A stretch of 63,270 bases of DNA, filler included, from Octopus bimaculoides (Eukaryota), in assembly GCF_001194135.2 (NCBI RefSeq). It is 4 parts of 4 records of this genome, joined end to end, with 100 filler letters (N's around TTAATTAATTAA, not from the genome) between each part and the next. Parts side by side here need not be neighbours in the genome. Positions count along the whole stretch, not along the records: positions 15,096 to 29,550 come from NC_068992.1; positions 29,651 to 60,941 come from NC_069009.1; 2 more parts are not named here. One strand, given 5' to 3'. A program made the position numbers and the translations under genes. Position 1 is the first letter of the stretch. Each line of letters begins with the position of its first letter. The notes beneath the pieces are model-generated. The model was given only the letters and a program-made list of their open reading frames with translations, did not search any database and had not been told where the DNA came from. Below, in pieces: positions 25,111 to 38,446 of the stretch.

Positions 25111-25490
25111 GTTCAGTAGTTTTATTTTTATAGCGTGCTTTCACTTCACTACCGAGCACAGCTCTGTACGCCTTGGGTATGTGCTGTAGTTTGCTGTGGT
25201 GCTCTTATGTTTACTGTATTGAAAGTGTTTTGCGTAGAATGTGTGCAGTACCCAGTAGTGCAATTTTCTGTATGTTATATATATTTGTAAGTCCTGGTGT
25301 TTTTGTTATGTATTTGTCTGAATATTTTTTTTATTATACCTAAGGCACCTACTATGATAGGAATTGTTTCTGTTTTTAGACTCCACATTCGAGTTATCTC
25401 TATTTCCAGGTCTTTGTATTTTGAAAGTTTTTCCATTTCTTTTAGAGAAACGTTGTCATCTGCTGGTATTGATACATCAATTAGAAAGCA
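25111..25490 (-). mobile_element. R4/Dong-like non-LTR 3' end inside an (ATT)n tract
   Basis: CFLIDVSIPADDNVSLKEMEKLSKYKDLEIEITRMWSLKTETIPIIVGALG; 3' UTR shared with the 40793 copy. Confidence 0.85.
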
Positions 25491-25508
25491 TTATCATTAT
25501 TATTATTA

Positions 25509-25618
<110 letters not shown>

Positions 25619-25749
25619 GCTCAGCAAGATATCAAATGTCAAAATCTTAGCAAAATGTCATATCTCCAGTATCAAAAGCAAGCAGCTAAGAATTCAGTAC
25701 AGATATGCAGGACATGAAATGAAAGATGGCATGAAATGAAAGATATGTA

Positions 25750-25930
25750 GGACATGTTCAAATGAAAGATGACTGCATTCTGAAAATTCTTTTGTGTGGC
25801 CAACAAGTAGAGGGACATTGGAGTAAAAGAAAACCCAGCCTTAGGTATAAGGAAGCAATCACTAAAGACTCTACAGTGTCATTTGACAACTTAAGAAAGT
25901 CATTGCTTAGACTGATTTGCATGATGTAAA
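25750..25930 (+). mobile_element. RTE-like C-terminal remnant
   Basis: VQMKDDCILKILLCGQQVEGHWSKRKPSLRYKE resembles the RTE RM...R.PK.LLYG...G.R..G.P..R.KD motif. Confidence 0.55.
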
Positions 25931-26224
25931 ATGTGTCATGATGCATCAGAATAATTTGGTTTGAAGAAGTAGAACAATAAAAAAAATTATATCCTGCATA
26001 CCACTGACACATTTGCCCAATCCAAGCTGAAATCAAAACTACCAGTGTCCTCATTATGACTTTATAGCAGAAGCCATGCATGGACTCAGATTACATTCAC
26101 ACTCCCATTGCAAATAAATGTAACCTCTTTTATTCTTTTATTTTATAGTTGTTTTCCTTTTTCTCACTTCCTTACTTCTTTCTTTAAATCCTCTCCTTCA
26201 AACACTAATATGTTGAAACCAGCA

Positions 26225-26268
<44 letters not shown>

Positions 26269-26592
26269 AATGATGACGATCCTCCTCCTCCTCCAAGTGG
26301 TAGATTAGCAAAATCATAAGAGTGTCAAAAAAATGCCATTACATTCTTAATCGCATTGCCATGTCAAAGACTTCTGTAAATTGTCTACAGTCCCCAATTT
26401 GAAAGCCTTCCAGAAGAGACTACTCAGAACGTCTTCAATATCCAGAATTGTTTCCTGGCCATCTTCCCTCATACCCTTCATTAACCCTCTCTAGAAGAGT
26501 CCAGTGGGTGTATGGCAGCCCAGCCTGTCGGATGAAAATGCTGCCAAATATTTTATCCAGTTTGCCAACAATTCCGCAGCTCACCGTCTTAA

Positions 26593-26803
26593 CCCTTTCA
26601 TTACCGTATTTATTTTGAGATGCTCTGTGCTTCTTTCAATTAATTTTAAATATAACAAAGAATTTAGTAAAATAACTTAGCTATTATTAAGCTAGTGTTA
26701 GGAACATAAATTGTGACTAAAATTTGATGGAAGATTTTAATTCAAAATTTATGAAAACAAGACATTTGTACTCAGGGCCAGAGCTAGTTTGGTATCAAAA
26801 GGG
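26593..26803. mobile_element. piggyBac-type MITE (family 1), complete
   Basis: TTAA|CCCTTTCATTACC ... GGTATCAAAAGGG|TTAA. Confidence 0.85.
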
Positions 26804-26804
26804 T

Positions 26805-27582
26805 TAATTTGATCTCAGAACACGATGACAGATGAAATGTCACTAAGCATTTCACCTGACGTGCCGACGATTCTGCCAGGTCACTGCCTTAATAATAATA
26901 ATAATCCTTTCTACTATAGGCACAAGGCTTGAAATATTGGGGGAGCGAACTAGTCAATTACATTGACCCCAGTGGTTTATTGGTGCTTCATTTATCTACC
27001 CTGAAACAATGAAAGGCAAAGTCGACCTTGGTGGAATTTGAACTCAGAACACATCAATGGGTGAAATACCACTAAACATTTTGTCCAGCATGCTAACGAT
27101 TCTGTCAGCTTACCACCTTTTTAATTCTGATAATCCTTTCTATTATAGGCACAAGGCCTGAAATTTGTTGGGTGGGGACTAGTTGATTACACCAACCCCA
27201 GTGTTTAGTTGGTACTTAATTTAGCGATCCCAAAAGGATGAAAGGCAAAGCTGACCTCGGTGGAATTTGAACCCAGAATGCAGCGATGGCGAAATACCAC
27301 TAAGCATTTAGTCCAGCATGCTAACAATTCTGCCTGCTCAGCTCGCTACCTTTTAGATTATAATAAACCTTTTTACTGGAATCATAAGACTCAAAATTTG
27401 AGGGAAGGGATTAAGTCAATTGCATCAACCCCAATGTGTAACTGGTACTTAATTTATCGATCCCCAAAAGGATGAAAGGCAAAGTCGACTCTGGCAGCAC
27501 TTGGACTCAGAATGTGAAGACAGACGAAATATCACTAAGCATTTTGCCTGGCGTGCTAACGATTCTGTCAGCTCGCTGCCTT
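26805..27582 (-). mobile_element. Head-to-tail stack of four SINE family B units (one head-only)
   Basis: Units start near 26805, 26891, 27130 and 27361; the last three each open with ATAATCCTTT(C/T)TA-like tail sequence. Confidence 0.85.
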
Positions 27583-27680
27583 CTTTTAAATAATAATAAT
27601 AATAGAAATATGAGAATATTCTTTCTCTTATGTTTTTATCTTTTTTTAATTCTTGTTTTTATTCATTTTTAAAACCAAAG

Positions 27681-27903
27681 TTTTCTGTGTCAGCGTCGAT
27701 GGCTGTGTCTTTAAAACTACCAATGGAAATAATTATTGGAACCATTCCATTAGCAACTTACATGCCTCCTGCTCCTTCAGCTGGACTGCCTGCTCCAAGC
27801 CAGTATAATGCTGGGGGATATGCAACCCAGTATGGGTCTCTTTTACCCAAGACGTCTTATCCAGAACCCAGTGCAACACCCATAGGCACTGGTGCCAGTT
27901 CCA
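27681..27903 (+). CDS. ARRDC3-like: Alpha-arrestin exon: FSVSASMAVSLKLPMEIIIGTIPL plus Pro/Ser-rich tail
   Basis: IIGTIPL motif; frame continues from 24758 via AAG|TTT acceptor; donor A|GTAAGT (phase 1). The acceptor has a weak pyrimidine tract. Confidence 0.9.
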
Positions 27904-28007
27904 GTAAGTATTTCTTGCATTTTATAATCTTTTATCTTTTACCTGCTTCACTCATTCGACTGCACAGCTTTGATGCATTTAGTAGAACTCACTGAACTGA
28001 GCACTTA

Positions 28008-29143
28008 CCGTATTTTAACGTGTATAAAGAACCTGTATTTGCTTTTCATTGTTTCAGGATAGTACTATAGATTTTAATAAATTACTTAATTTCTCAAACC
28101 TCAAATCTCCATGACTTAAAACATCACAAGCCTCAGGCCAACACCCAATGGGTTGTAATGTCCTATTGGGTGAGTTGCTATCCATTCATCAAGCAATGGC
28201 ATGCACATAAAGCCGCCATCATGAATGACAATCATTTGCCAAATAGTACTTACTTGTGCTCGCTGAGACTGTTAAATCCATAGTTTTATATTAACACGAC
28301 AGTTCTAGATATCATTTAAAATTGTGAGTAAACACACAAGTGCAAACATTAACACTCTTTTAAAAACCCAGGCTGCATATGGAGGTCATACAACCTATCA
28401 GAGACAGCAAGCATGCTCAATAGCCATATATGGCAGTGCAACTCACACTGAAACAGGAATGAATGTAGCATAGCCAAATATGGAAATTCAACTGAGACAC
28501 CATCTTAGATATTGTCTACAGTTATTTAAATTGATCCTGCATTACTCTTTTTATAGATTTTTGTTTTCTATCAGCATAAAAAAGTCTGCGAATAAAAAGC
28601 ACATTTCATATCCTGCAAATTTCAAATTGAAAGTGATTCAGTTTGCAGAGGAACATGGAAATAAGACTGTAGCAAGAGAGTTTGGACCTCCTCCTATGGC
28701 TGCCATGATTGGACTGTGGAGAAAGCACAAAGATGAACTTTTACAGATGCTAAGGATGAAGAGAGCAGCATGAGGCAAAAAGGAAATGTGGCCAAATTTG
28801 GAGGAAGAACTCAAACACTGGGTCAAAAACCAAAGGCAAACTGGTGCGTTTGTTTCAACACAGATCCTCATTGATTAAGGAAGGAGAATTGCTCAGGAGA
28901 TAAAAAAGAGCAAAGAGGAAGGACAAGAGACAATTGACTTTAAAGGCATGTCCATCTGGTGCTTCCGTTTTATGAAGAGGAATGGTTTCTGCACACAAAA
29001 ATGAAACGCATTACCTGATAAGTGTGGGTGCACTTATCAAAATTTACCTAATCCCTTACAAAACCATTTTTTTCCAGATTTTAAGCCCCTAAAATTAGTG
29101 GGTTCCTTATACATGAGGGTTCCTCATACACGTTAAAATATGG
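28008..29143 (+). mobile_element. pogo/Tigger-family element, internally deleted (Brinker-like DBD + CENP-B HTH, no DDE)
   Basis: TA|CCGTATTTTAACGTGTAT ... ATACACGTTAAAATATGG|TA; SYPANFKLKVIQFAEEHGNKTVAREFG...WPNLEEELKHWV...GAFVST...WCFRFMKRNG. Confidence 0.9.
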
Positions 29144-29307
29144 TAATTTTTTAAGCCTGGTACTTACTCTGTTGGTCTAATTTGCTGAACTGCTCAATTA
29201 CAGATATGTAAACAAACCATGTCACATGGTGGGTGAGGGGACAAACACAGACGCAAAAGCACAAATACCTACCACACACATGCACACACACACACACATA
29301 TATCTAC

Positions 29308-29348
<41 letters not shown>

Positions 29349-29550
29349 AGAAGAGCTTTCACCCAGTTTCTCTCTTCCAAATCCACTCATAAAGCATTGG
29401 ACAGCCTATAGTCATTTTAGAAGAAATTTGGCCAAGTTGCAGCACAGCAGGACTGAACCTGAAACCACATAGTTTGAAAGCTAGCTTCTTAATCTCACAG
29501 CCATGTGTGCCTCAATAGAAAACAAATATAAAGCACTTGACAGATATTCA

Positions 29551-29650
29551 NNNNNNNNNNNNNNNNNNNNNNNNNNNNNNNNNNNNNNNNNNNNTTAATT
29601 AATTAANNNNNNNNNNNNNNNNNNNNNNNNNNNNNNNNNNNNNNNNNNNN
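29551..29650. other. Artificial scaffold linker
   Basis: 44 N + TTAATTAATTAA + 44 N. Confidence 0.95.
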
Positions 29651-31770
29651 ACCTCACTGACCTTTTTTGCTGTTTAGTTTGAGATTCGGATATGTGCGCA
29701 CCGGGTGGGATACAAGCTTATTGCTAACGTCGCCATCTTTGATAACCTTTTAGTAAATAAATGTTGGTTGTCTTTATTTTATAATGTATTCATTCACTGT
29801 ATTGTATTGAACAAAATGGTTGTGCGACCCGCGCTCGTCATTCTCTCAGTTATCTGGTCCACCGTGAAAAAAGTCTGGTGGCTTTTGATCTAGGGTTACA
29901 CCAAGAACGGGATGGTAGCTGTTTGGCTAATATCCATCGTCTCAGTTGGTAATACTTAGGAATCCAGCTGGAAAGTGTAATGACAGTTGCTTGTGATAGA
30001 ATCCAAGGGAGGAGGTACCTGAGGATTCTACCAGCACGAGGGTCCCAGGAATGGTAGATGGAAAAGATAAATGGATGGATGTGTGATATTTTATTTCATC
30101 GACCCAGGGAAGACGATGAAAGACGAAGTTGAACTTGGCGGGTTCTGAACTCTGAAACCGAAATAAATACCGCGTGGCATCTTGTCTGATGCTTAAACGA
30201 TTCTGCCAAACCAGATTCTGCCAATAACAGAAATAGTTTAACAATGTCATCATCACCGTCATCAAGATCATCACCATCATTAACATCATCACCACAACTG
30301 TCACCACCATCATGATCGTTATTATACACATCATCAACATCAATGTTACCACCACCACCACCACCACCAACATCGTCATCATTACCACCGCCTTCGCCAA
30401 CATCATCTGTCACCATCACCGTCATCATCATCAACAACAAAGACAGCAACAAGAGCTACAACAACAACAACAACAACAACAACAAAAAGATCAACAACTT
30501 CAATTGTATTAACAAAAACAAGATCAATCTCATCGAGAAGCTCCACAGCAACAACAACAAGAACAAGAGAATGACAGACGAACAATATTTACAACAATGA
30601 TATCAAACACATCATCAACAACAAGATCAACAATACGAGCAGCAACAACAGCAAGAACAACATCAACAACCAACTGTAACAACTATAACAACAACAGCAT
30701 CGTCTTCATCATCATCAACATCATCATCATCATTACCATCATCATCATCATTACCATCATCATCATCACCATCATCATCATCACCATCACCATCATCATC
30801 GTCATCATCATCATCACCATCGTCATCAGCACCAGCACCATCATCATCATCATCATCATGGTCATCATCAGCACCACCACCATCATCGTCATCATCATCA
30901 TCACCACCACCACCATCATCGTCATCACCATCATCATCAGCNNNNNNNNNNNNNNNNNNNNNNNNNNNNNNNNNNNNNNNNNNNNNNNNNNNNNNNNNNN
31001 NNNNNNNNNNNNNNNNNNNNNNNNNNNNNNNNNNNNNNNNNNNNNNNNNNNNNNNNNNNNNNNNNNNNNNNNNNNNNNNNNNNNNNNNNNNNNNNNNNNN
31101 NNNNNNNNNNNNNNNNNNNNNNNNNNNNNNNNNNNNNNNNNNNNNNNNNNNNNNNNNNNNNNNNNNNNNNNNNNNNNNNNNNNNNNNNNNNNNNNNNNNN
31201 NNNNNNNNNNNNNNNNNNNNNNNNNNNNNNNNNNNNNNNNNNNNNNNNNNNNNNNNNNNNNNNNNNNNNNNNNNNNNNNNNNNNNNNNNNNNNNNGTGTT
31301 TGTTTGTGTGTATGTGTTTGTGTGTGTGTGTGCATGTTTGTGTGTTAGTGTGTGTGTGTGTGTATGTGTTTGTGTGTGTGTGTGTGTGTATGCATGTTTG
31401 TGTGTTAGTGTGTGTGTATGTCTGTATGTGTTTGTGTGTGTGTGTGCGTGTGCTTGTGTGTGTGTGTGCATGTTTGTGTGTTTGTGTGTGTGTGTATGTA
31501 TGTGTGCGTATGTGTATTATGTGTCTATCTGTGTATGTATGTCTATATGTGTGTATATGTGTGTGTATATGTGTGTGTGTATGTGTAAGTGCGCATGTCT
31601 GAACGTATGTGTGTATTTGTGCATGCAACACATGGCAATATGTCGATACAAACACATTCAGATGCATGTATTTGAATGTGTGCTGCATGTGTGCTGCATA
31701 TGTGCATTTATTTCATCATTTAGTGCAACTCAGCGTGATTAAGTGCACTATTGCTCATGCGTATACAAAT

Positions 31771-31802
<32 letters not shown>

Positions 31803-31803
31803 C

Positions 31804-31857
<54 letters not shown>

Positions 31858-32412
31858 NNNNNNNNNNNNNNNNNNNNNNNNNNNNNNNNNNNNNNNNNNN
31901 NNNNNNNNNNNNNNNNNNNNNNNNNNNNNNNNNNNNNNNNNNNNNNNNNNNNNNNNNNNNNNNNNNNNNNNNNNNNNNNNNNNNNNNNNNNNNNNNNNNN
32001 NNNNNNNNNNNNNNNNNNNNNNNNNNNNNNNNNNNNNNNNNNNNNNNNNNNNNNNNNNNNNNNNNNNNNNNNNNNNNNNNNNNNNNNNNNNNNNNNNNNN
32101 NNNNNNNNNNNNNNNNNNNNNNNNNNNNNNNNNNNNNNNNNNNNNNNNNNNNNNNNNNNNNNNNNNNNNNNNNNNNNNNNNNNNNNNNNNNNNNNNNNNN
32201 NNNNNNNNNNNNNNNNNNNNNNNNNNATATATATATATATATATAAAACCCGTAAGATTTACTTCACACTCAAAATCAGCCTTAAAATGTACTCTGTGTG
32301 TGTATGTATGTACACACACACACACGTATGTTCTACGTTATATGTATATATAGTTAGGATAATAGCTAGTTATCTCTATCTCTCTCTATCTGTGTGTGTG
32401 TGTGTGTGTACA

Positions 32413-32623
32413 CACGGTGTCTATAAATTGTAATGGCAATTTGAAAAATTCAGAAAATAATGAAGAATAGAGAGAATTCGGTGGAGTTTATTGGCAAACA
32501 AATAAAGTTTTATTAGAAACATCAGAACATTTCCACGTGGGCTCCATTGGTTGCACGCAACACGTCTAAACGATTCAATATAATAAATTGTGAAAGCTGT
32601 AAAAATAATTCATGAACACCCCG
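32413..32623 (-). mobile_element. Tc1/mariner-derived MITE retaining the last transposase codons
   Basis: Imperfect TIRs CACGGTGTCTATAAATT / CGGGGTGTTCATGAATT, TA at the right end; minus strand reads RLDVLRATNGAHVEM. Confidence 0.65.
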
Positions 32624-32904
32624 TAAACACACACATTTATATAAACTTTGTCAATATACCATACTGAATATATGTGTGGTTTTGAAAAGCCTGGGGCTGG
32701 GGTTTTCATCCGGGAAAAATCCCTTCATAAATTTGTGTTAAAAAAACAATATGCTTCGGAGCTAAGCGAAATGAAATCGCCCCAGAAGCGTCCTAGTGAG
32801 CGACAGATACGTATTTCCCCGTTGTTGCCTCTTGTCAATGTTACATTTTGATGTCCCTTCTGAAACACAATAGAATGAATCAGTCTCAGTTATATCTTTT
32901 CTCT

Positions 32905-33295
32905 TTAACATTTTTCAGTTATTAGATTGCGGCCATGCTGGAGGACCACTTTACAGAATTTCTAGTCGAATGAATCGACCCTAGTACTTTTTATAAAAAG
33001 CCTGTTATTTATTCTAAGTCTCTTTTGCTGTATCGTTCAATTACGGGAAGGTAAACACACTAGCACCGGTTGTCAAGCGATGGGGGTAGGGAGAGGAAAA
33101 CACAAAGTCACACACACACACACATACACACATATATACGACGTGCTTCTTTTAGTTTCTGCCTACCAAATACACTCAAAAGGCTTTGTTTGGCCCGAGA
33201 CCATAGTAGAAGTCATTTGCCCAAGGTGCCAAGCAGTGTGTCTGAACCCGGAACCATGTGGTTGGAAAGTAAACATCTTCCCACACAGTCACAGA
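32905..33295 (-). mobile_element. SINE family A
   Basis: Reverse complement of the 3' half, (CA)n and head. Confidence 0.8.
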
Positions 33296-33779
33296 TGTAG
33301 TATTTTATAAATTGGACACCGATTCGTAAAAGAGCCACATAGGCAGAATAAAATTCGAATTATGCAATAAAAGAAGCTCTGAAGTAAAAACTATATCAAA
33401 ACAACATAAAATGTTTGGTTGAAAAGCCAGAGATTAAATATTTCGCTGTTTTTGTGGCTTCTCTACGTCACGCACTCGTTCGTGAGCGCGCGCGCGCAAC
33501 TTGTTATTGTCGAGCAATTTGTTGTAAACAATAAAACAGTTACTCATAGGAGTTCTCAATATATTTCAGAGTTAAACGTTTTGCTAGTATCCAGCTGAAT
33601 AGGACTCATAGTTACGTATTTTAATGGCTTATTTAACCTGCTTGAATAAATGGTTCATTGCGGAACTTGAAGTCGCAGTGAACTCAACAGATATTGTATT
33701 GAGTCAAAGGTTTTGCAATATTTTGGTAACTTTTTTGGGTTTATTTGTAACTTGTTATTGTCGAGCAACAAAATCAGCC

Positions 33780-34400
33780 TAACAATCAAAATAGAGGCCA
33801 TCGTGGTGCTCCGTCTGAAGCCACCTTTCTGTCAATTCTTCGATCCCATGCTGATACCAATTCTTGTCCTTCGCGACGAAGAACTCTTTCACTGAAGCTT
33901 CCACCCCATTTTGGTTGATGGAGTGTAGTGAGTACAGGAAGTGAGCCATGGATCGGAAGTGAGCCATGGATCGGAACAAGTAATAATGGAAGGGAGCTAA
34001 GTCCGTACTATACGTAGCGTTTGGTATCAGTTCGATTCTTTCAACTTCCTGGACTTTATTCGTTGTTCGAGCAGTACGAGGTCTTTTGTTGCCTTGCTAC
34101 AGAAGAGCCGCGCCATCTGTTAACCAATGCCGGGCATAACAAATGGAGTGGCATACATCAACTCCAGCCATTCCAGAGTATAGGTTGGCATCGATGGTTC
34201 GACCTTCAGAACGAAGCCGTACTGAATCATCCCCTCATAATTCCACCAGACGCAGAGCATCACCATTTGTTCGAAACATCCATGTTATGGGACAGGTTCC
34301 AGAAGCTGGGCCTTGCTTATGCAGGTTAGGATTGCGGAAATGTATCTCCCTTTTAGTTTTTCAAGTGATGCCAATATCTCAGGAAAGTTTACATTCATTG
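33780..34400 (-). mobile_element. mariner (DD34D-type) transposase remnant
   Basis: VMLCVWWNYEG...YSTDLAP...FRSMAHF...VKEFFVAKDKNWYQHGIEELTERW...DGLYF; frameshifts and an in-frame 18-bp duplication at 33937-33972. Confidence 0.85.
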
Positions 34401-34419
34401 GAAAATATCAAATAAATTA

Positions 34420-34795
34420 GCGTAAGCGTGACTTTGTGATAAGAAACTTGCTTCCTAACCACATGGCTCCGGGTTCAGTCCCACTGCGTGGTACCTTGGG
34501 CAAGTATCTTCTACTATAGCCTTGAACTAACCAAAGCTTTGTAAGTGAATTTGGTAGACGGAAACTGAAAGACCATCGTATATGTGTGTGTGTGTGGGGG
34601 GGTTATCTCCCCCACCACCGCTTGACAACCGGTGTTGGTGTGCTTACGTACCCGTAACTTGGCAAGAATAAGTATTAGGCTTAATGCAAAAAAAAAAAAT
34701 ATGTACTGTGGTCGATTCATTCGACTAAAAAATTTCTCGCAGTGCTCCAGCATAGTCGCAGTGTAATGACTGAAACAAGTAAAAAATAGAAAATA
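34420..34795 (+). mobile_element. SINE family A
   Basis: Head, CORE-like block and 3' half present. Confidence 0.85.
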
Positions 34796-34829
34796 AATGA
34801 TAGGTGTGGTAAGAAGTTTTGTTCCCCAC

Positions 34830-36864
34830 CCATATAGAATTTGCTAGCAAGCACAAGCTGACCCCAGCCCACACAAGATCTTGCGCAGAACAACATAGCA
34901 AGCACCCAGTGACATGACTCCCGACCAAACTGACTTCACCCTCGCACCTCAAAAGTTCAAGTCTAGAATCAACAAGGCTACGGTTAGGACTTTCCCTGGT
35001 GCAGATGTCAGGTAATTATGGTTTGGTCATGATGACAATGAGGCTGAAACTGAAAAGAAACCACAAGAGCCACACGGATTAGGTTTCATGTAGACAAGCT
35101 AAAAGATCCTAAGGTTACAGCAGTGTTTGAGGTGAAAGTGGGTGGCAGGTTTGCAGCCTTTAACCTTCTAGAAGATGACATAAACTCTCTGACTGACAAC
35201 ATCGAGGAAGTACCTCAGGAAATGAATCCAGAAGTGCTAAGAAGGAAAACGAAACCATGGGTCACTGATGACATCTTGGATTTATATGACATAAGACGGG
35301 TCCTGAGGAAGACCAAGCTAACGGGACAGGAGGCAAGTCAGCAATATATTGCTGTGAATAGAGAGGTTAGGGGAAAAATGAGGGTAGCCAAAGAGAAATA
35401 GATAGCAGACCAGTGCAAAATATCTGAAGCTGTGATAAAGATGGCTAACAACGGGGTTGCTTATGAAACCCTCAAAGCCCCAACGTAAACAAAGAAAAAT
35501 GTTCAACACATTCATTGAGGACAAAACAGGCCTGCTCTTCACGGATCATTAAAAGATGGTCTGAGTACTGCAAAGATTTTTACAATCACAAACTCAAACA
35601 TGACAGCAACAACCTAGACAATTCCAGCAACAGCAACAGAGAACTTGGAGATGTTCCGATTTTCCAGCAGGAAGTTGAACAGGCAATAGGCATGCTCAAA
35701 GATGGGAAACTCCAGGAATGCATAACATTCCATCAGAGTTTCTAAAACATGGAGGGACCAAGCATATCAGAGCACTAACAGTTACCTCTCAGAAAATATG
35801 GGAGACGAGGCAGTGGCCATGGGAGCAAACTTAGTGGCGTAGCTAATAGGGGAGCCNNNNNNNNNNNNNNNNNNNNNNNNNNNNNNNNNNNNNNNNNNNN
35901 NNNNNNNNNNNNNNNNNNNNNNNNNNNNNNNNNNNNNNNNNNNNNNNNNNNNNNNNNNNNNNNNNNNNNNNNNNNNNNNNNNNNNNNNNNNNNNNNNNNN
36001 NNNNNNNNNNNNNNNNNNNNNNNNNNNNNNNNNNNNNNNNNNNNNNNNNNNNNNNNNNNNNNNNNNNNNNNNNNNNNNNNNNNNNNNNNNNNNNNNNNNN
36101 NNNNNNNNNNNNNNNNNNNNNNNNNNNNNNNNNNNNNNNNNNNNNNNNNNNNNNNNNNNNNNNNNNNNNNNNNNNNNNNNNNNNNNNNNNNNNNNNNNNN
36201 NNNNNNNATGAAATTAATGAATGCTGATTACAATTACGTATATTTCAACTAATGAAACACTTCGCATAATATAAGAGAAATGAATTAAAAATTGCTTCGT
36301 ATGTGCCATAGACTCTTTTATTTTATCTGCGTCCTCCCGATAACTTTAAAACCGGCCACACTACGGAGTGGACCTAATCATTGATGATATCCATTCCCAA
36401 GAAAGACAAATTAAAACTCTATTAGGGTGACTAATTTGGCTGATTGTTATATAATTCTAGCAAAGTATGACAAAGAGTTCTGAAAACAAAGAACAGGCAG
36501 GATTTAGATCAAAAAGGTGTATTGGAGCAGATATTTAAGATTCACGGTGAAAAATTGGCAACACCAATCTGACGTATATCACAATTTCATTGACTTCAGA
36601 ATAGCCTTTCACTGTATTTGGCACAATGGGCTGTGACAGGTGGTGATGAATTACAAAATTCGACAAGGACCCCACCGAAGTAATCCAAGCACTGTAAGAA
36701 AAGTCAATCAGCGCAGTTCTCCTGAACAACAAACATCGAAGAATTCTTCAGAACAGCAATAGGTTCGCATGAGAAGGAACAGAGACCAGTGGCGATGGCT
36801 ATGAAAGCCTCTAGGGTGGCACCCCAACAACTGGCTGCATCCTTTAAGGGATCTCGATGATGAT

Positions 36865-36865
<1 letters not shown>
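34830..36865 (+). mobile_element. Degraded RTE (BovB-like) LINE, interrupted by an insertion and a gap
   Basis: DFTLAPQKFKSRINKATVRTFPGADV...KLKDP...KPWVTDDILDL...; EQAGFRS...HNFIDFRIAF...; 3' end GCATCCTTTAAGGGATCTCGATGATGATG. Confidence 0.8.
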
Positions 36866-36906
<41 letters not shown>

Positions 36907-38415
36907 CGTGTGTAAAATAAGCAGAAAACAGATGTGGTATTCAAAGCATTATAGGACGTACACGTGTTTCAACGAAATGCCTAAATATTTACATAAGAAG
37001 TAATAGAAACATTATATAATCATGCATCACGCCTCATCAGTGTCCGGCTATAAATGCACATATACACTCATACACATATATGAGGCTGCTTTCAGTTTTC
37101 GTCTACCGAATCCACTCACAAGCCTTTAGTTGGCCCAGAGCAACATTAGAAGATTCTTGCACAAGGTGTCACACGGCGAGACTTAAGAATTGAACTAAAA
37201 ACCATGTGATTATGAAGCAAACTTCTTACTACACAGCCACTCCTGCGCCTATTTTTCCGAATATGAACGTATCCACTTATGACATTCACCGTATAATTTT
37301 AGCTGACGTTAATTTTCCGCTGTTACCGGTTTCTCAGGATTTTTATGATTTTAAGCACATTAGATTTGACTTAATCTCCCACATATATTTAACATAATTT
37401 AAATTAATAACATAATTTAAATTAATTTACTTAATATTTACATAATTGAATGTATACAATATATATATTTTGGCGGGAAAATCGAAACTAAATTGGCTAT
37501 GACGTGTGTTGGTGGTGGTAGCGACGGTGGTACTGGTTGTGGTGGTGGCACTAATGGTGGTAATGGTGATAGTGGTGATGATTGGAGCGATGGTGAGATG
37601 GTGGTAATGATAATGATGGTAGTTGTGGTGTCAGCGAGGTGGGACATTTGGCTGCTATTTCCAGCAGGCGTTTTGACCTCGTAGTGGCTACCTATTGCTC
37701 ACAGTGCGCTTCAAAGTAACTTCGTTTAGAATAGACCCACAATGAAAGGCGTACCAGCCATGCCCATCGCATCTTANNNNNNNNNNNNNNNNNNNNNNNN
37801 NNNNNNNNNNNNNNNNNNNNNNNNNNNNNNNNNNNNNNNNNNNNNNNNNNNNNNNNNNNNNNNNNNNNNNNNNNNNNNNNNNNNNNNNNNNNNNNNNNNN
37901 NNNNNNNNNNNNNNNNNNNNNNNNNNNNNNNNNNNNNNNNNNNNNNNNNNNNNNNNNNNNNNNNNNNNNNNNNNNNNNNNNNNNNNNNNNNNNNNNNNNN
38001 NNNNNNNNNNNNNNNNNNNNNNNNNNNNNNNNNNNNNNNNNNNNNNNNNNNNNNNNNNNNNNNNNNNNNNNNNNNNNNNNNNNNNNNNNNNNNNNNNNNN
38101 NNNNNNNNNNNNNNNNNNNNNNNNNNNNNNNNNNNNNNNNNNNNNNNNNNNNNNNNNNNNNNNNNNNNNNNNNNNNNNNNNNNNNNNNNNNNNNNNNNNN
38201 NNNNNNNNNNNNNNNNNNNNNNNNNNNNNNNNNNNNNNNNNNNNNNNNNNNGATGATGATGGTGGTGGTGTTGATGATGATGGTGGTGGTGATGGTGGTG
38301 GTGGTGGTAGTGGTGATGATGATGATGGTGGTGATGATGATGATGGTGATGATGATGGTGATGGTGATGATGATGAGGATGGTGGTGATGATGATGATGA
38401 GGATGGTGGTGGTGG

Positions 38416-38446
<31 letters not shown>

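Noticed and set aside
29680-29760. Possible last arrestin exon after the linker
   Set aside because: No frame gives a PPxY or ARRDC-like tail, and it lies on a different scaffold.
32700-32859. Minus-strand exon candidate after acceptor TCTATTGTGTTTCAG
   Set aside because: Open frames are short with no recognisable domain or partner exon; insufficient support.
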